This document shows, piece after piece, positions 16,831 through 25,754 of a stretch of 64,000 bases of DNA. Position 1 is the stretch's first letter. Each line of letters opens with the position of its first letter. Location: the NCBI GenBank assembly GCA_009784615.1, contig WRBJ01000005.1, positions 4,775-68,774 of the forward strand, written 5' to 3'. A program made the translations under genes and the position numbers. The notes under the pieces were generated by a model, which worked only from the letters and a program-made list of their open reading frames with translations, made no database searches and was not told where the DNA came from. The stretch comes from Defluviitaleaceae bacterium (GTDB taxonomy: Bacteria > Bacillota > Clostridia > Lachnospirales > WRAX01).

Positions 16831-17548
16831 GCGGTTGGATGTGCTTGTTTGTGAGATTTTGGGCGTATCTAGGGAATACGCCAAGGAAATTATTTTGGCA
16901 GGAAAATGCGAAGTAAGCGGCAAGGTTATAAAGAAATGTGGGGCGAAATTCTCAAAAGATACAAATATTATTGTTAATGCAAAATTGCCACGGTTTGTTT
17001 CACGTGGCGGCGAAAAGTTAGCGAAGGCAATTATAGTTTTTGACTTACATTTGCAAGGTTTGCGCTGTATGGACATTGGCGCATCAACTGGCGGATTTAC
17101 CGATTGTATATTGCAAAATGGCGCAGATAATGTTATCGCTATCGAAAATGGCAAAGAACAATTGCATCCAAAACTACTATCGGATGAGCGTGTTATATCT
17201 TGGGAAAATGTTGATATTCGAGAAGTTTATAAGGATAAATTGCCTTTTATACCACAATTTATAGCCACTGATTTGTCATTTATATCCATAAAACATATCC
17301 TTCCCAAAGTCTTTGAAGTTCTTGTTGAAGGCGGACAAGCCGTTTTGTTAGTAAAGCCTCAATTTGAGGTGGGTCGTGGCAAGGTTAATAAAAGAGGGGT
17401 TGTTACTGATGAAAAAGCCAGAATTATGGCTTTAGAGGGTATTTGTACAGCCGCAAAAGAAATTGGATTAAAGGCTATGGGGACAGAAACTTCGCCAATT
17501 AAAGGGCAAAATGGAAATGTAGAATATTTGCTTTTGGTCGAAAAATGA
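16823..17548 (+). CDS. tlyA: TlyA-family rRNA 2'-O-methyltransferase (hemolysin A-like)
   Basis: S4-like N-terminus (MDKRLDVLV), SRGGEKL and DIGASTGGFTD SAM motifs. ATG 16823 overlaps the dxs end by 8 nt. Confidence 0.9.
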   Translation: MDKRLDVLVCEILGVSREYAKEIILAGKCEVSGKVIKKCGAKFSKDTNIIVNAKLPRFVSRGGEKLAKAIIVFDLHLQGLRCMDIGASTGGFTDCILQNGADNVIAIENGKEQLHPKLLSDERVISWENVDIREVYKDKLPFIPQFIATDLSFISIKHILPKVFEVLVEGGQAVLLVKPQFEVGRGKVNKRGVVTDEKARIMALEGICTAAKEIGLKAMGTETSPIKGQNGNVEYLLLVEK

Positions 17549-17558
17549 GGGGGAGCTG

Positions 17559-18350
17559 ATGAAAAAGATTAGTTTTTATATCTATAATCAAGAATATGCA
17601 CAAAAAAGTTATGCGAAAGATTTGGCTGGCTACTCGGCTTCTTTAGGATTTGAAGTGGAAGAATTTGGTGCAGATGTAGATTGTACGGTGGTTTTGGGCG
17701 GTGATGGCACAATGCTTGCCGCCGCTAGAGAAGTTGCGCAAAAAAGCACGCCGATTTTGGGCATAAATATGGGAAAAGTTGGGTATTTGACGGATGTTGA
17801 AGCAGAGTTTGGGCATAACGCATTGCAAAAACTAAAATTGAATGACTATAAAATAGAAACAAGGATGATGTTATCAACTGAAATTATTTACGAAAAAACA
17901 TCATTAGTTTGTTTAAACGATATTGCAATACATCGTGGGCAAAACCCACGTCCAATTCATTTGCGGCTTGATATTAACGGAGAATATGTTGACAAATTTA
18001 CGGCAGATGGTGTGGTTATTGCGACACCGACAGGCTCGACGGCATACAATCTCTCGGCGGGCGGACCATTGCTTGCGCCTGATGCAAAGATGATTGCAAT
18101 AACCCCAATTTGCCCGCAATCTTTAACCGCTCGCCCTACTGTTGTAGCTTGCGATGAAGTCATAACCATAACAGTGAAAAATTTGCCTCAAACAATGATT
18201 TCTTGTGATGGTGAAGCAATTTTTATTGACCAACAAAATGATGAGATTCAAATAGTGGTGCGGCGTTCGCCATTGGTTACAAATATTGTTAAAACACATA
18301 ATCTCAGCTTTTATGAAGTTTTCCGTGAAAAAGTCAAGAAATTGATATAA
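17559..18350 (+). CDS. nadK: NAD kinase
   Basis: GGDGT motif (VLGGDGTMLAAA) and TPTGSTAYNLSAGGP. Confidence 0.93.
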   Translation: MKKISFYIYNQEYAQKSYAKDLAGYSASLGFEVEEFGADVDCTVVLGGDGTMLAAAREVAQKSTPILGINMGKVGYLTDVEAEFGHNALQKLKLNDYKIETRMMLSTEIIYEKTSLVCLNDIAIHRGQNPRPIHLRLDINGEYVDKFTADGVVIATPTGSTAYNLSAGGPLLAPDAKMIAITPICPQSLTARPTVVACDEVITITVKNLPQTMISCDGEAIFIDQQNDEIQIVVRRSPLVTNIVKTHNLSFYEVFREKVKKLI

Positions 18351-18388
18351 TACAAATCCCATTTTAAAACCTGTTATCGCGAGCGGTT

Positions 18389-18417
18389 GCCCAAAACGCG
18401 AAACAAGCGTTTTGGGC
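18389..18417 (+). terminator. strong hairpin after nadK (11-bp GC-rich stem, weak U-tract), nested within a longer stem spanning 18363-18450
   Basis: GCCCAAAACGC-GAAACAA-GCGTTTTGGGC followed by TGTTT. Outer arms TTTAAAACCTGTTATCGC and GCGAAAACAGGATTTTAAA. Confidence 0.5.
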
Positions 18418-18481
18418 TGTTTAGCCGAGAAGCGAAAACAGGATTTTAAATGAGGATTAGTATAATGTATGGGTGATACTT

Positions 18482-20146
18482 ATGTTAGAACATTTAAGAG
18501 TGCAAAATGTTGCTTTGATTGAGGAAGTCGGTGTGCAATTTGGCACAGGGCTTAATATTTTAACAGGCGAAACAGGTGCGGGAAAATCGATTTTGATTGA
18601 TTCTATCAATTTTGTTCTTGGTGGACGTGTTGACCGTGAATTTGTGCGCAAAGGGACTGAAACTGCTGTTGTTGAGGCTTTTTTTGTTACCGATAATGCC
18701 GAAATTGTCGCCGCTGTAAATGATTTGGGTGTTAAAATTGATGACGATGGTGCGGTTTTGATGGCCCGTATGCATAATTCCACAGGCAAAACCACTTGCA
18801 AAATTAACGGAAAAACTGTTACAATTAGTATGATGCGTGAGGTTGCTTCTCTTTTGATTGACGTACACGGACAGCACGAACATCAGTCTTTGTTTGATTC
18901 TGCCAAACACTTACCGCTTCTTGATAGATTTTGCCAACAAAATTTAGAACAATTAAAGGTAAATTTAGCAGAGCATATTGCTCAATATAAAACTTTGCAA
19001 AAGTCTATAAATACGCTGTCTGGGCTAGATGGCGGCAGCGAAGAACAATTGCAGTTTTATCGCTTTCAAATGGAAGAAATTTCGGCAGCAAAACTTATGA
19101 TAGGCGAAGAAGAAGGATTAATAGAGCGTAAAAAGATACTTTTGTCAAGTGAAAAAATAAATTCTGTATCGCAAGGATTGCTTAATTCTCTGCGATTGGA
19201 TGATATTATAAAGGCGATTGACTATGCTAATCAAATGGTGGAATTGGATGGTTCGCAAGCGTCATTTGCGGAAGAATTATCGGATGTTTATGCACGGCTT
19301 GAAGAATTGACACGTGGCTTTGCCCGCTATGCCGAGAATATTTCGCACAACGAGGAAGAATTGGATGCAGTAGAATCCCGACTTGATGTGATTTACAGGT
19401 TGAAACAAAAGTATAAAAAAGATTTGCCATCCATTCTACAATATTGTAACGAATTACAAACAAAGTTTGATACAATAGAAAATTCTCAAACAGAATTGGC
19501 TCGTCTTGCGGACGAAAAAAAGGCTTTAGAGAAAGAAATTGGGCGTACTTGCCTGCAAATGTCCAAAATTCGCCGTGATGCGGCAGATGTATTATCTGCT
19601 CAAATTGAGGAAATTTTACAAGATTTGGGTATGGAAGGTGCGAAATTTAGTATAGCTATTGAGCGGCGTAAAGAGTTTGGCAAAGATGGCTTTGACCGTG
19701 TGCAGTTTTTAATTTCCGCCAACAAAGGTGAAGAACTCGCACCGCTTGACCGCATTGCATCTGGCGGTGAGATGTCTCGTACTATGCTTGCGCTAAAAAC
19801 GGCACTTTCTAGTTTTGACAATATTCCTACATTTATTTTTGATGAAATTGACACAGGCATTAGCGGTCGTACCGCACAACAGGTGGCTGAAAAACTAGCA
19901 ACCATTGCGAAATCTCACCAAATATTATGCATTACGCACCTACCGCAGATTGCCGCAATGGGCGATGTAAATTTTTTGATTGAAAAAATAGTGCAAAACG
20001 AACGAAATATTACCAATATACAGAATTTGGACGAAAATGGAGTTATTAATGAAATTGCCCGTTTGACGGGTGGTGCTGAAATAACAGCAACAACGACAAA
20101 AGCAGCCAAAGAAATGAGGAAATTGGCGGTAAAGTCTAAAAAATAG
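18482..20146 (+). CDS. recN: DNA repair protein RecN
   Basis: MLEHLRVQNVALIEE start, Walker A GETGAGKS, SMC-like coiled coil, C-terminal SGGE signature. Confidence 0.95.
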   Translation: MLEHLRVQNVALIEEVGVQFGTGLNILTGETGAGKSILIDSINFVLGGRVDREFVRKGTETAVVEAFFVTDNAEIVAAVNDLGVKIDDDGAVLMARMHNSTGKTTCKINGKTVTISMMREVASLLIDVHGQHEHQSLFDSAKHLPLLDRFCQQNLEQLKVNLAEHIAQYKTLQKSINTLSGLDGGSEEQLQFYRFQMEEISAAKLMIGEEEGLIERKKILLSSEKINSVSQGLLNSLRLDDIIKAIDYANQMVELDGSQASFAEELSDVYARLEELTRGFARYAENISHNEEELDAVESRLDVIYRLKQKYKKDLPSILQYCNELQTKFDTIENSQTELARLADEKKALEKEIGRTCLQMSKIRRDAADVLSAQIEEILQDLGMEGAKFSIAIERRKEFGKDGFDRVQFLISANKGEELAPLDRIASGGEMSRTMLALKTALSSFDNIPTFIFDEIDTGISGRTAQQVAEKLATIAKSHQILCITHLPQIAAMGDVNFLIEKIVQNERNITNIQNLDENGVINEIARLTGGAEITATTTKAAKEMRKLAVKSKK

Positions 20147-20157
20147 GAGGATGAAAT

Positions 20158-21594
20158 ATGGGGAAGATTAAAAAATGGTTTGCAACAGGTAAGGTATGGA
20201 AGATACCGCTGATAGCCGTTGTTTTCTTGATTATTGTGCTAATGGTAGCGGCGTTTGTATTTTGGAATATGTCGGGCAGACCCAGTTTTCACAGGGCTGA
20301 TGAGGCACAAATGCGCACAATGGATTTTTCGGGTGTATCATTTGAGCCACATAGTTTTGCGACGGATGCACTTTATTTGGTGCAGCTGGTAGAGCGCACC
20401 CACCCGATTTTCGTTGTGGATGGCTGGTTGCCCGACAATTACGAACAAATGCGGGATGAGTTTTTGACCTATACCCAAAACCCAGACATTACAAGGCTTG
20501 AGTTTGCCTTTGCAACGGCACGGTATTTTACAACATTGCGTGATGGTCATATGAGCGGATGGAATGGGCTTATAGAACGTGATGACGATAATATGTGGTC
20601 GCTGGCAATATTTGGGGATATACTTGATATTGTCACAGTAATGCACAATGGCAGAATGTTTTTGCGTGAAGATGATACCGACACTCAGTTTGAAGTTATT
20701 GAGATAGGCGGTGTTGCCATATCGCAGATTTTTGATATAATAGACCGATATTATTATGGAGAGAACGAAGTTGACCGTCAAAATAATTACCGTATGTTTT
20801 CCCGCTTTGGTGATGTTATTGAAAGAGCAGGCGGAACTATTGCAACAAACGGCGTAAATCTGACTATTAATACTAATGGCGAGATAAGTACAATGCAAGT
20901 GGGGTGGATGGATTTAAGCGTCAGCGGTGCAGAGCTTGACTATATCATACGTTATGAAATTATGGATGACATTTTCTACATAGACCTTCGTACTTTTGTT
21001 GATGGTGAGCATATTACAGAAGTCGTGCGCTCTATTGAAAACGCTGTGCGTAATGATATTCGTAATTTTATTGTTGATTTGCGTGGTAATGGCGGTGGAA
21101 ATTCGATGGCGGGACACAGATTGCTTGAAGCAATGGGTATCACCGTGCCGGATTGGGGAGCAGTTAGACGCATCAGTCCTTTGTTGTTTGAAAATCACAG
21201 TTTTTTATGGTACTTGCGTCCTTTTCAATGGGTTGGTTTTGATTATATGTACGTATCGCCAAATATACCTGAAAACAACAATCCGAATGATGTTTTTGTT
21301 TCGGTTTTGACAGATGCTAGCTCGTTTAGCTCTGCTACAATGATGGCGGCGTGGGTGCAAGACGGTGGTTTTGGTAATATTATTGGCGGGCAAAGCCGCA
21401 ATTCTCCAAATAGTTTTGGTGATATTTTAAGATTTCAACTGCCATATTCGGGTTTTGTTGGGGTTGTTTCATATACGCAATGGCTTCGTCCTGATGTAAA
21501 CGCCGACCCGATAAATTTACTGCCTGATATTTTGGTAGACCCTAGCGAAGCATTGGATGTGGCTATTGAATTTTTGCGCAATCTTGACAGATAG
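20158..21594 (+). CDS. membrane-anchored S41-family (Tsp/Ctp-like) peptidase-domain protein
   Basis: N-terminal TM helix. DLRGNGGGNS and DASSFSSATMMA motifs resemble the S41 catalytic core. Confidence 0.5.
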   Translation: MGKIKKWFATGKVWKIPLIAVVFLIIVLMVAAFVFWNMSGRPSFHRADEAQMRTMDFSGVSFEPHSFATDALYLVQLVERTHPIFVVDGWLPDNYEQMRDEFLTYTQNPDITRLEFAFATARYFTTLRDGHMSGWNGLIERDDDNMWSLAIFGDILDIVTVMHNGRMFLREDDTDTQFEVIEIGGVAISQIFDIIDRYYYGENEVDRQNNYRMFSRFGDVIERAGGTIATNGVNLTINTNGEISTMQVGWMDLSVSGAELDYIIRYEIMDDIFYIDLRTFVDGEHITEVVRSIENAVRNDIRNFIVDLRGNGGGNSMAGHRLLEAMGITVPDWGAVRRISPLLFENHSFLWYLRPFQWVGFDYMYVSPNIPENNNPNDVFVSVLTDASSFSSATMMAAWVQDGGFGNIIGGQSRNSPNSFGDILRFQLPYSGFVGVVSYTQWLRPDVNADPINLLPDILVDPSEALDVAIEFLRNLDR

Positions 21595-21642
21595 GGTTTG
21601 GTTTGGTACTATATATGTAAAACAATTAACGGAGGAATAGAT

Positions 21643-22944
21643 ATGGGATTGATAAGAGCGGCAATTGGTGCGGCAACAGGAACAATGGCAGACCAGTGGT
21701 TAGAGTTTTTTTACGCAGATGCTATGCCTAATAATGTGTTGGTTACACGCGGCATACGACAAACATCCGGTCGTGGGCAAAACCGTGGTAATGATAATAT
21801 TATTTCTAACGGTAGCGGCATCGCCGTTGCGGACGGGCAATGTATGATGATAGTTCAGGATGGGCGTATTTTGGATGTTTGTGCCGAACCGGGGCGGTAT
21901 ACTTTTGAACAAGGAAGCTCGCCAAGCCTTTTCTCGGGTTCTTTGGGCGAAAATATTATGGGTACTTTTAAAACAATGGCAAGCAGATTTGCCCACGCAG
22001 GCGAAACTGGAAAAGACCAGCGTGTATATTATTTTAATATACGTGAACTTGTTGGGAATAAATTCGGCACAGCAACGCCTGTACCTTTTAGAATCGTTGA
22101 CACAAATATAGGTCTTGATTTGGATACCGCCGTACGTTGCAATGGTATGTATTCTTTTAGAATGACCGACCCATTATTGTTCTATACAAATATATCAGGT
22201 AATGTGACACAAGATTATACGATAGAACAAATTGACCAGCAAATGAAAAGCGAGTTTTTATCGGCTTTGCAACCTGCTTTCGCACGTCTTTCTGCTATGG
22301 GTATGCGTCCATCGCAAATTCCTGCACATACGCAAGAATTATCGCAGTTTCTTAACGAAGCGTTAAGTGAAAAATGGGGCGGCTTGCGTGGTATGTCCGT
22401 TATTTCTGTGGCAATAAATTCTGTATCTTTGCCGCCAGAAGATGACGATATGATTAAGCAATTGCAACGCAAGGCTGTTATGCGTGACCCGGGTATGGCT
22501 GGTGCGGCCATTGTGGCGGCACAAGCGGATGCTATGCGAGGTGCGGCAGAAAACCCAAATGGTGCTATGATGGGCTTTATGGGGCTTAATATGGCACAAC
22601 AAGCGGGCGGAATGAATGCGCAAGAGCTGTTAATGCAGGGTCAACAACAGCAACAGCAAAGAGCGGCAGAAGCGGCACAGGCAGCCGCTATATCACCATC
22701 AGTTGATGTAGCTGGCGGCTGGGCTTGTGCGTGCGGTGCAACAAACACAGGTCGTTTTTGTGCTGATTGCGGCACGGCAAAGCCTGTTGTCGAAAATTGG
22801 ACTTGCACCTGCGGTACAACCAATGCGGGACGTTTTTGTGGCGAATGTGGTTCGCAACGTCCAGAAAACACCGATTGGACTTGCAATTGCGGAGCAGTCA
22901 ACACGGGGCGTTTTTGCGGAGAATGCGGGATGGCTCGCAACTAG
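21643..22944 (+). CDS. SPFH-domain protein (YdjI/COG4260-like) with a Q-rich linker and three C-terminal zinc-ribbon repeats
   Basis: MGLIRAAIGAATGTMADQWLEFF N-terminus typical of YdjI-like SPFH proteins. GGAGG lies 7 nt upstream of ATG 21643. Three repeats of W-x-C-x-CG-x2-N-xGRFC-x2-CG. Confidence 0.7.
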   Translation: MGLIRAAIGAATGTMADQWLEFFYADAMPNNVLVTRGIRQTSGRGQNRGNDNIISNGSGIAVADGQCMMIVQDGRILDVCAEPGRYTFEQGSSPSLFSGSLGENIMGTFKTMASRFAHAGETGKDQRVYYFNIRELVGNKFGTATPVPFRIVDTNIGLDLDTAVRCNGMYSFRMTDPLLFYTNISGNVTQDYTIEQIDQQMKSEFLSALQPAFARLSAMGMRPSQIPAHTQELSQFLNEALSEKWGGLRGMSVISVAINSVSLPPEDDDMIKQLQRKAVMRDPGMAGAAIVAAQADAMRGAAENPNGAMMGFMGLNMAQQAGGMNAQELLMQGQQQQQQRAAEAAQAAAISPSVDVAGGWACACGATNTGRFCADCGTAKPVVENWTCTCGTTNAGRFCGECGSQRPENTDWTCNCGAVNTGRFCGECGMARN

Positions 22945-22967
22945 AGATTAGGAAAGAGGAATTATAA

Positions 22968-24053
22968 ATGGCTCTTAAAGAATATAAATGTTTAAATTGT
23001 GACGGTGCAATAAATTTTGATACATCTTTGCAACAGATGAAATGCCCGTTTTGCGATTCTACCTTCGAGGTAGAGGCGTTTTTGGAAATGCAAAACGACG
23101 AAGCGAGCGAAGAAAATGCAGAGATAGATTGGGCAGAACATAAAGACCGGCCTTGGGGTGAAGGCGAGCAAGAGGGAATGAGGGTGTATTCTTGCAATTC
23201 TTGCGCTGGCGAAATTGTAACCGATGCGACAACAGCCGCTACAAAATGCCCGTTTTGCGGTAATCCCATTGTGATGAAAGGGCAATTATCGGGGGCGGCA
23301 AAACCCGATTTAATCATCCCTTTCCAATTGGATAAAGAAGCCGCAAAGCAGGCGTTAATCAACCATTTAAGCAATAAAAAACTGTTGCCAAAATGCTTTA
23401 AATCCAAAAAAACATTGGATGACATCAGCGGGCTTTATGTGCCGTTCTGGCTGTTTGACGCTGATGTTAAGGCAAATATGCGCTTTAGGGCAACCACAAC
23501 AAGGGTTTGGATGGACAGCCGCTTTACATACACCGAAACCCGCCACTTTAACGTAATTCGCCAAGGAAATATGGCTTTTGACGCTGTTCCTGTTGATGCT
23601 TCTAAAAAAATGCCTGACGATTTGATGGAGTCTATAGAGCCTTTTGACATATCAAAGGCACAACCTTTTAAAGCGGGCTATTTGGCGGGATATATGGCTG
23701 ATAAATTTGATTATGAATCTGAAGAATGTGTAAACCGAGCTAATCAGCGTATACGAAGCAGTACGGAAGTTGCCTTTCGCCGTACCGTAACAGGCTATAC
23801 GGCTGTTATCCCGCAGTACCAAGGCGTATACCTGCAACAAAGCAATGTTCAATACGCTTTGTTGCCTGTTTGGGCAATGACTGCCACTTGGCGCGGCGAA
23901 ACATATCTTTTTGCAATGAATGGGCAAACGGGTAAATTTGTGGGCAATTTACCGACAGACTGGGGTATTTTTTGGAAATGGTTTGCTATTTTTGCCGTGG
24001 TCATAACGGCGGTGTTGTTTTTAGTAGCTTGGATTGCGGGGGTGAGTTTATAA
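22968..24053 (+). CDS. double zinc-ribbon membrane protein (YdjG-like)
   Basis: Two CxxC...CPFC ribbons (CLNCDG...CPFCDS; CNSCAG...CPFCGN) and a C-terminal TM helix. Confidence 0.55.
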   Translation: MALKEYKCLNCDGAINFDTSLQQMKCPFCDSTFEVEAFLEMQNDEASEENAEIDWAEHKDRPWGEGEQEGMRVYSCNSCAGEIVTDATTAATKCPFCGNPIVMKGQLSGAAKPDLIIPFQLDKEAAKQALINHLSNKKLLPKCFKSKKTLDDISGLYVPFWLFDADVKANMRFRATTTRVWMDSRFTYTETRHFNVIRQGNMAFDAVPVDASKKMPDDLMESIEPFDISKAQPFKAGYLAGYMADKFDYESEECVNRANQRIRSSTEVAFRRTVTGYTAVIPQYQGVYLQQSNVQYALLPVWAMTATWRGETYLFAMNGQTGKFVGNLPTDWGIFWKWFAIFAVVITAVLFLVAWIAGVSL

Positions 24054-24271
24054 TGTTTTTGACGTTTTTGGCTTGTTTGGGTGTTGCTTTGGTAATTTCT
24101 GCCATTGTTATGTTTTCTATTCGCTCTAAATTAAAATCTGTGCGATTTGCTCGTACTGCTTGTAATTACGAACGTGCGGGCAGTTTTGGTGTTACAAAAT
24201 CTGCCGATACATTTTTATACAGAAATGTTGTACGCATACCTCGCCCGCAAAATACAGGACGCAGAAGGTAG
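24053..24271 (+). CDS. 72-aa single-pass membrane protein
   Basis: The ATG overlaps the upstream stop (TAATG). N-terminal TM helix and a basic tail ending in RRR. Confidence 0.45.
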   Translation: MFLTFLACLGVALVISAIVMFSIRSKLKSVRFARTACNYERAGSFGVTKSADTFLYRNVVRIPRPQNTGRRR

Positions 24272-24280
24272 GAGGATAAG

Positions 24281-24685
24281 ATGATTACATTTAATAATTC
24301 GCTGATAACGGGCATTAAAGAAGTTGATGAACAACATATGGAATTGGTTGAAAGAATTAACCATTTATTTACCTTTGTTGACGGCAAAGTTACGGCGCAA
24401 GAATTAGAGGATACCTTTACATTTTTGGTTCAATATGTTGCGGTGCATTTTGAAACCGAAGATAGAATTATGCAGGAAATAAATTACCCCGATATGGACA
24501 AGCATATAGAACAACACGAGCTGCTTATAAATAAAGCGGTGAATTTAAGAGAACAGCTTGATACACACGGATATGAGCTTCATTCGATAATAGAACTGCG
24601 TGGATTTTTGTTAAAATGGATTGTTGACCATATAAAAGGTAGCGACTTAGCTTTTGCAGAGCATTATCATAAAGTCAAAGGATGA
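24281..24685 (+). CDS. bacteriohemerythrin (hemerythrin-like metal-binding protein), paralog 1
   Basis: VDEQH, HFETED, H-x3-H (HIEQHE) and WIVDHIKGSD motifs. Confidence 0.88.
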   Translation: MITFNNSLITGIKEVDEQHMELVERINHLFTFVDGKVTAQELEDTFTFLVQYVAVHFETEDRIMQEINYPDMDKHIEQHELLINKAVNLREQLDTHGYELHSIIELRGFLLKWIVDHIKGSDLAFAEHYHKVKG

Positions 24686-24701
24686 AGGTGGGGAATGAAA
24701 G

Positions 24702-25115
24702 TTGCTTGAAATCGATGATTCTATGTTAACTGGTATTATAGGTGTGGATGAACAACATATGGCTTTAGTAGAAAAAGTGAACCATTTGTTTACTTTGGCG
24801 GCTGATAAGGCTATGGAACAAGAATTAAAAGATACATTTGAATTTTTAGTTCAATATATAATAACGCATTTTGACACAGAAGAAAAGTTGATGAAAATGA
24901 TTGGCTACCCCAATTATCAAGAGCATTTGCAACAGCATCAAGAGCTAATTGAAAAGGCGATGGCTTTAAAAGTTTATTTGGACGAAAAACAATATGAATA
25001 TCAGTCGATTTTAGAAATACGTGATTTTTTAGTAGATTGGGTTAAAAATCATATAAAAGGTAGCGATATGGATATAGGTAAATATTACCATAAAATTAAA
25101 AAGCAAGTATTATAA
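24702..25115 (+). CDS. bacteriohemerythrin, paralog 2 (TTG start)
   Basis: VDEQH, HFDTEE, HLQQHQ and WVKNHIKGSD motifs. GGTGGGG RBS upstream. Confidence 0.85.
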   Translation: MLEIDDSMLTGIIGVDEQHMALVEKVNHLFTLAADKAMEQELKDTFEFLVQYIITHFDTEEKLMKMIGYPNYQEHLQQHQELIEKAMALKVYLDEKQYEYQSILEIRDFLVDWVKNHIKGSDMDIGKYYHKIKKQVL

Positions 25116-25251
25116 AGAAAGGAAGAAGTGTTTATAAACATAGTTGCGTGCGTTTTTGATGGAATGGATTGTAAGACCACATCAAAGGTAAAGACTTGGT
25201 CTTTGCTAGGTGCTATCGTTCGATTGAAAAATGAAGGGAAGGGGGGATATT

Positions 25252-25659
25252 ATGCAAGAAATTTTAAACAATTTGATAACAGGTATTGATATTGTTGATG
25301 AGCAACATAAAATGCTTTTTGTTAGATTGGATGAGCTTATAAATTTGGGTTGTGGCAACGAAAATATTGCCGCTTTAAAGAGTGCGTTAGAATTTTTAGA
25401 AAAATATGCTATGATGCATTTTGAAACAGAAGAATGTTTAATGCGTCAAGCCTGCTACCCAAAATTTGAAGCCCATAAGGAATTGCATAGGACGTTTATT
25501 GATAAAAAGAATGAATTAAAAAAGCTATTAGTTGATGATGGCTATAAAAACAAGTTGTTGATTGAGCTTCGTTCGTTTTTAGTATCTTGGCTAATAAACC
25601 ATATTAAAAATGAAGATATGGTGTTTGGAGAGTTTTGGAAAGAACAAAATGAAAAATAA
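25252..25659 (+). CDS. bacteriohemerythrin, paralog 3
   Basis: VDEQH, HFETEE, HKELH and WLINHIKNED motifs. A GGGGGG-rich RBS precedes ATG 25252. Confidence 0.85.
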   Translation: MQEILNNLITGIDIVDEQHKMLFVRLDELINLGCGNENIAALKSALEFLEKYAMMHFETEECLMRQACYPKFEAHKELHRTFIDKKNELKKLLVDDGYKNKLLIELRSFLVSWLINHIKNEDMVFGEFWKEQNEK

Positions 25660-25663
25660 GTTT

Positions 25664-25691
25664 AAAACGGCAAAGTTATTGCCGTTTTTTT
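25664..25691 (+). terminator. intrinsic terminator after the hemerythrin triplet
   Basis: AAAACGGCAA-AGTTA-TTGCCGTTTT followed by a T-run. Confidence 0.8.
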
Positions 25692-25754
25692 GTTGGCATA
25701 GCAAATTTGGCTTTGGTAAGAATATAAACAAGCTGAAAACATAAGGAGGAGGTT

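Noticed and set aside
20338-20898. 186-aa minus-strand ORF inside the S41-like peptidase gene; similar antisense ORFs at 25815-26339 and 22898-23425
   Set aside because: Each lies wholly within a better-supported plus-strand gene. They lack RBSs and show skewed composition.
25116-25251. Spacer of 136 nt before the third hemerythrin, examined for a riboswitch or terminator
   Set aside because: There are only short hairpins (AAAGAC-TTG-GTCTTT; TGATG...CATCA) with no U-tract and no resemblance to a known motif. It is most simply an internal promoter region.
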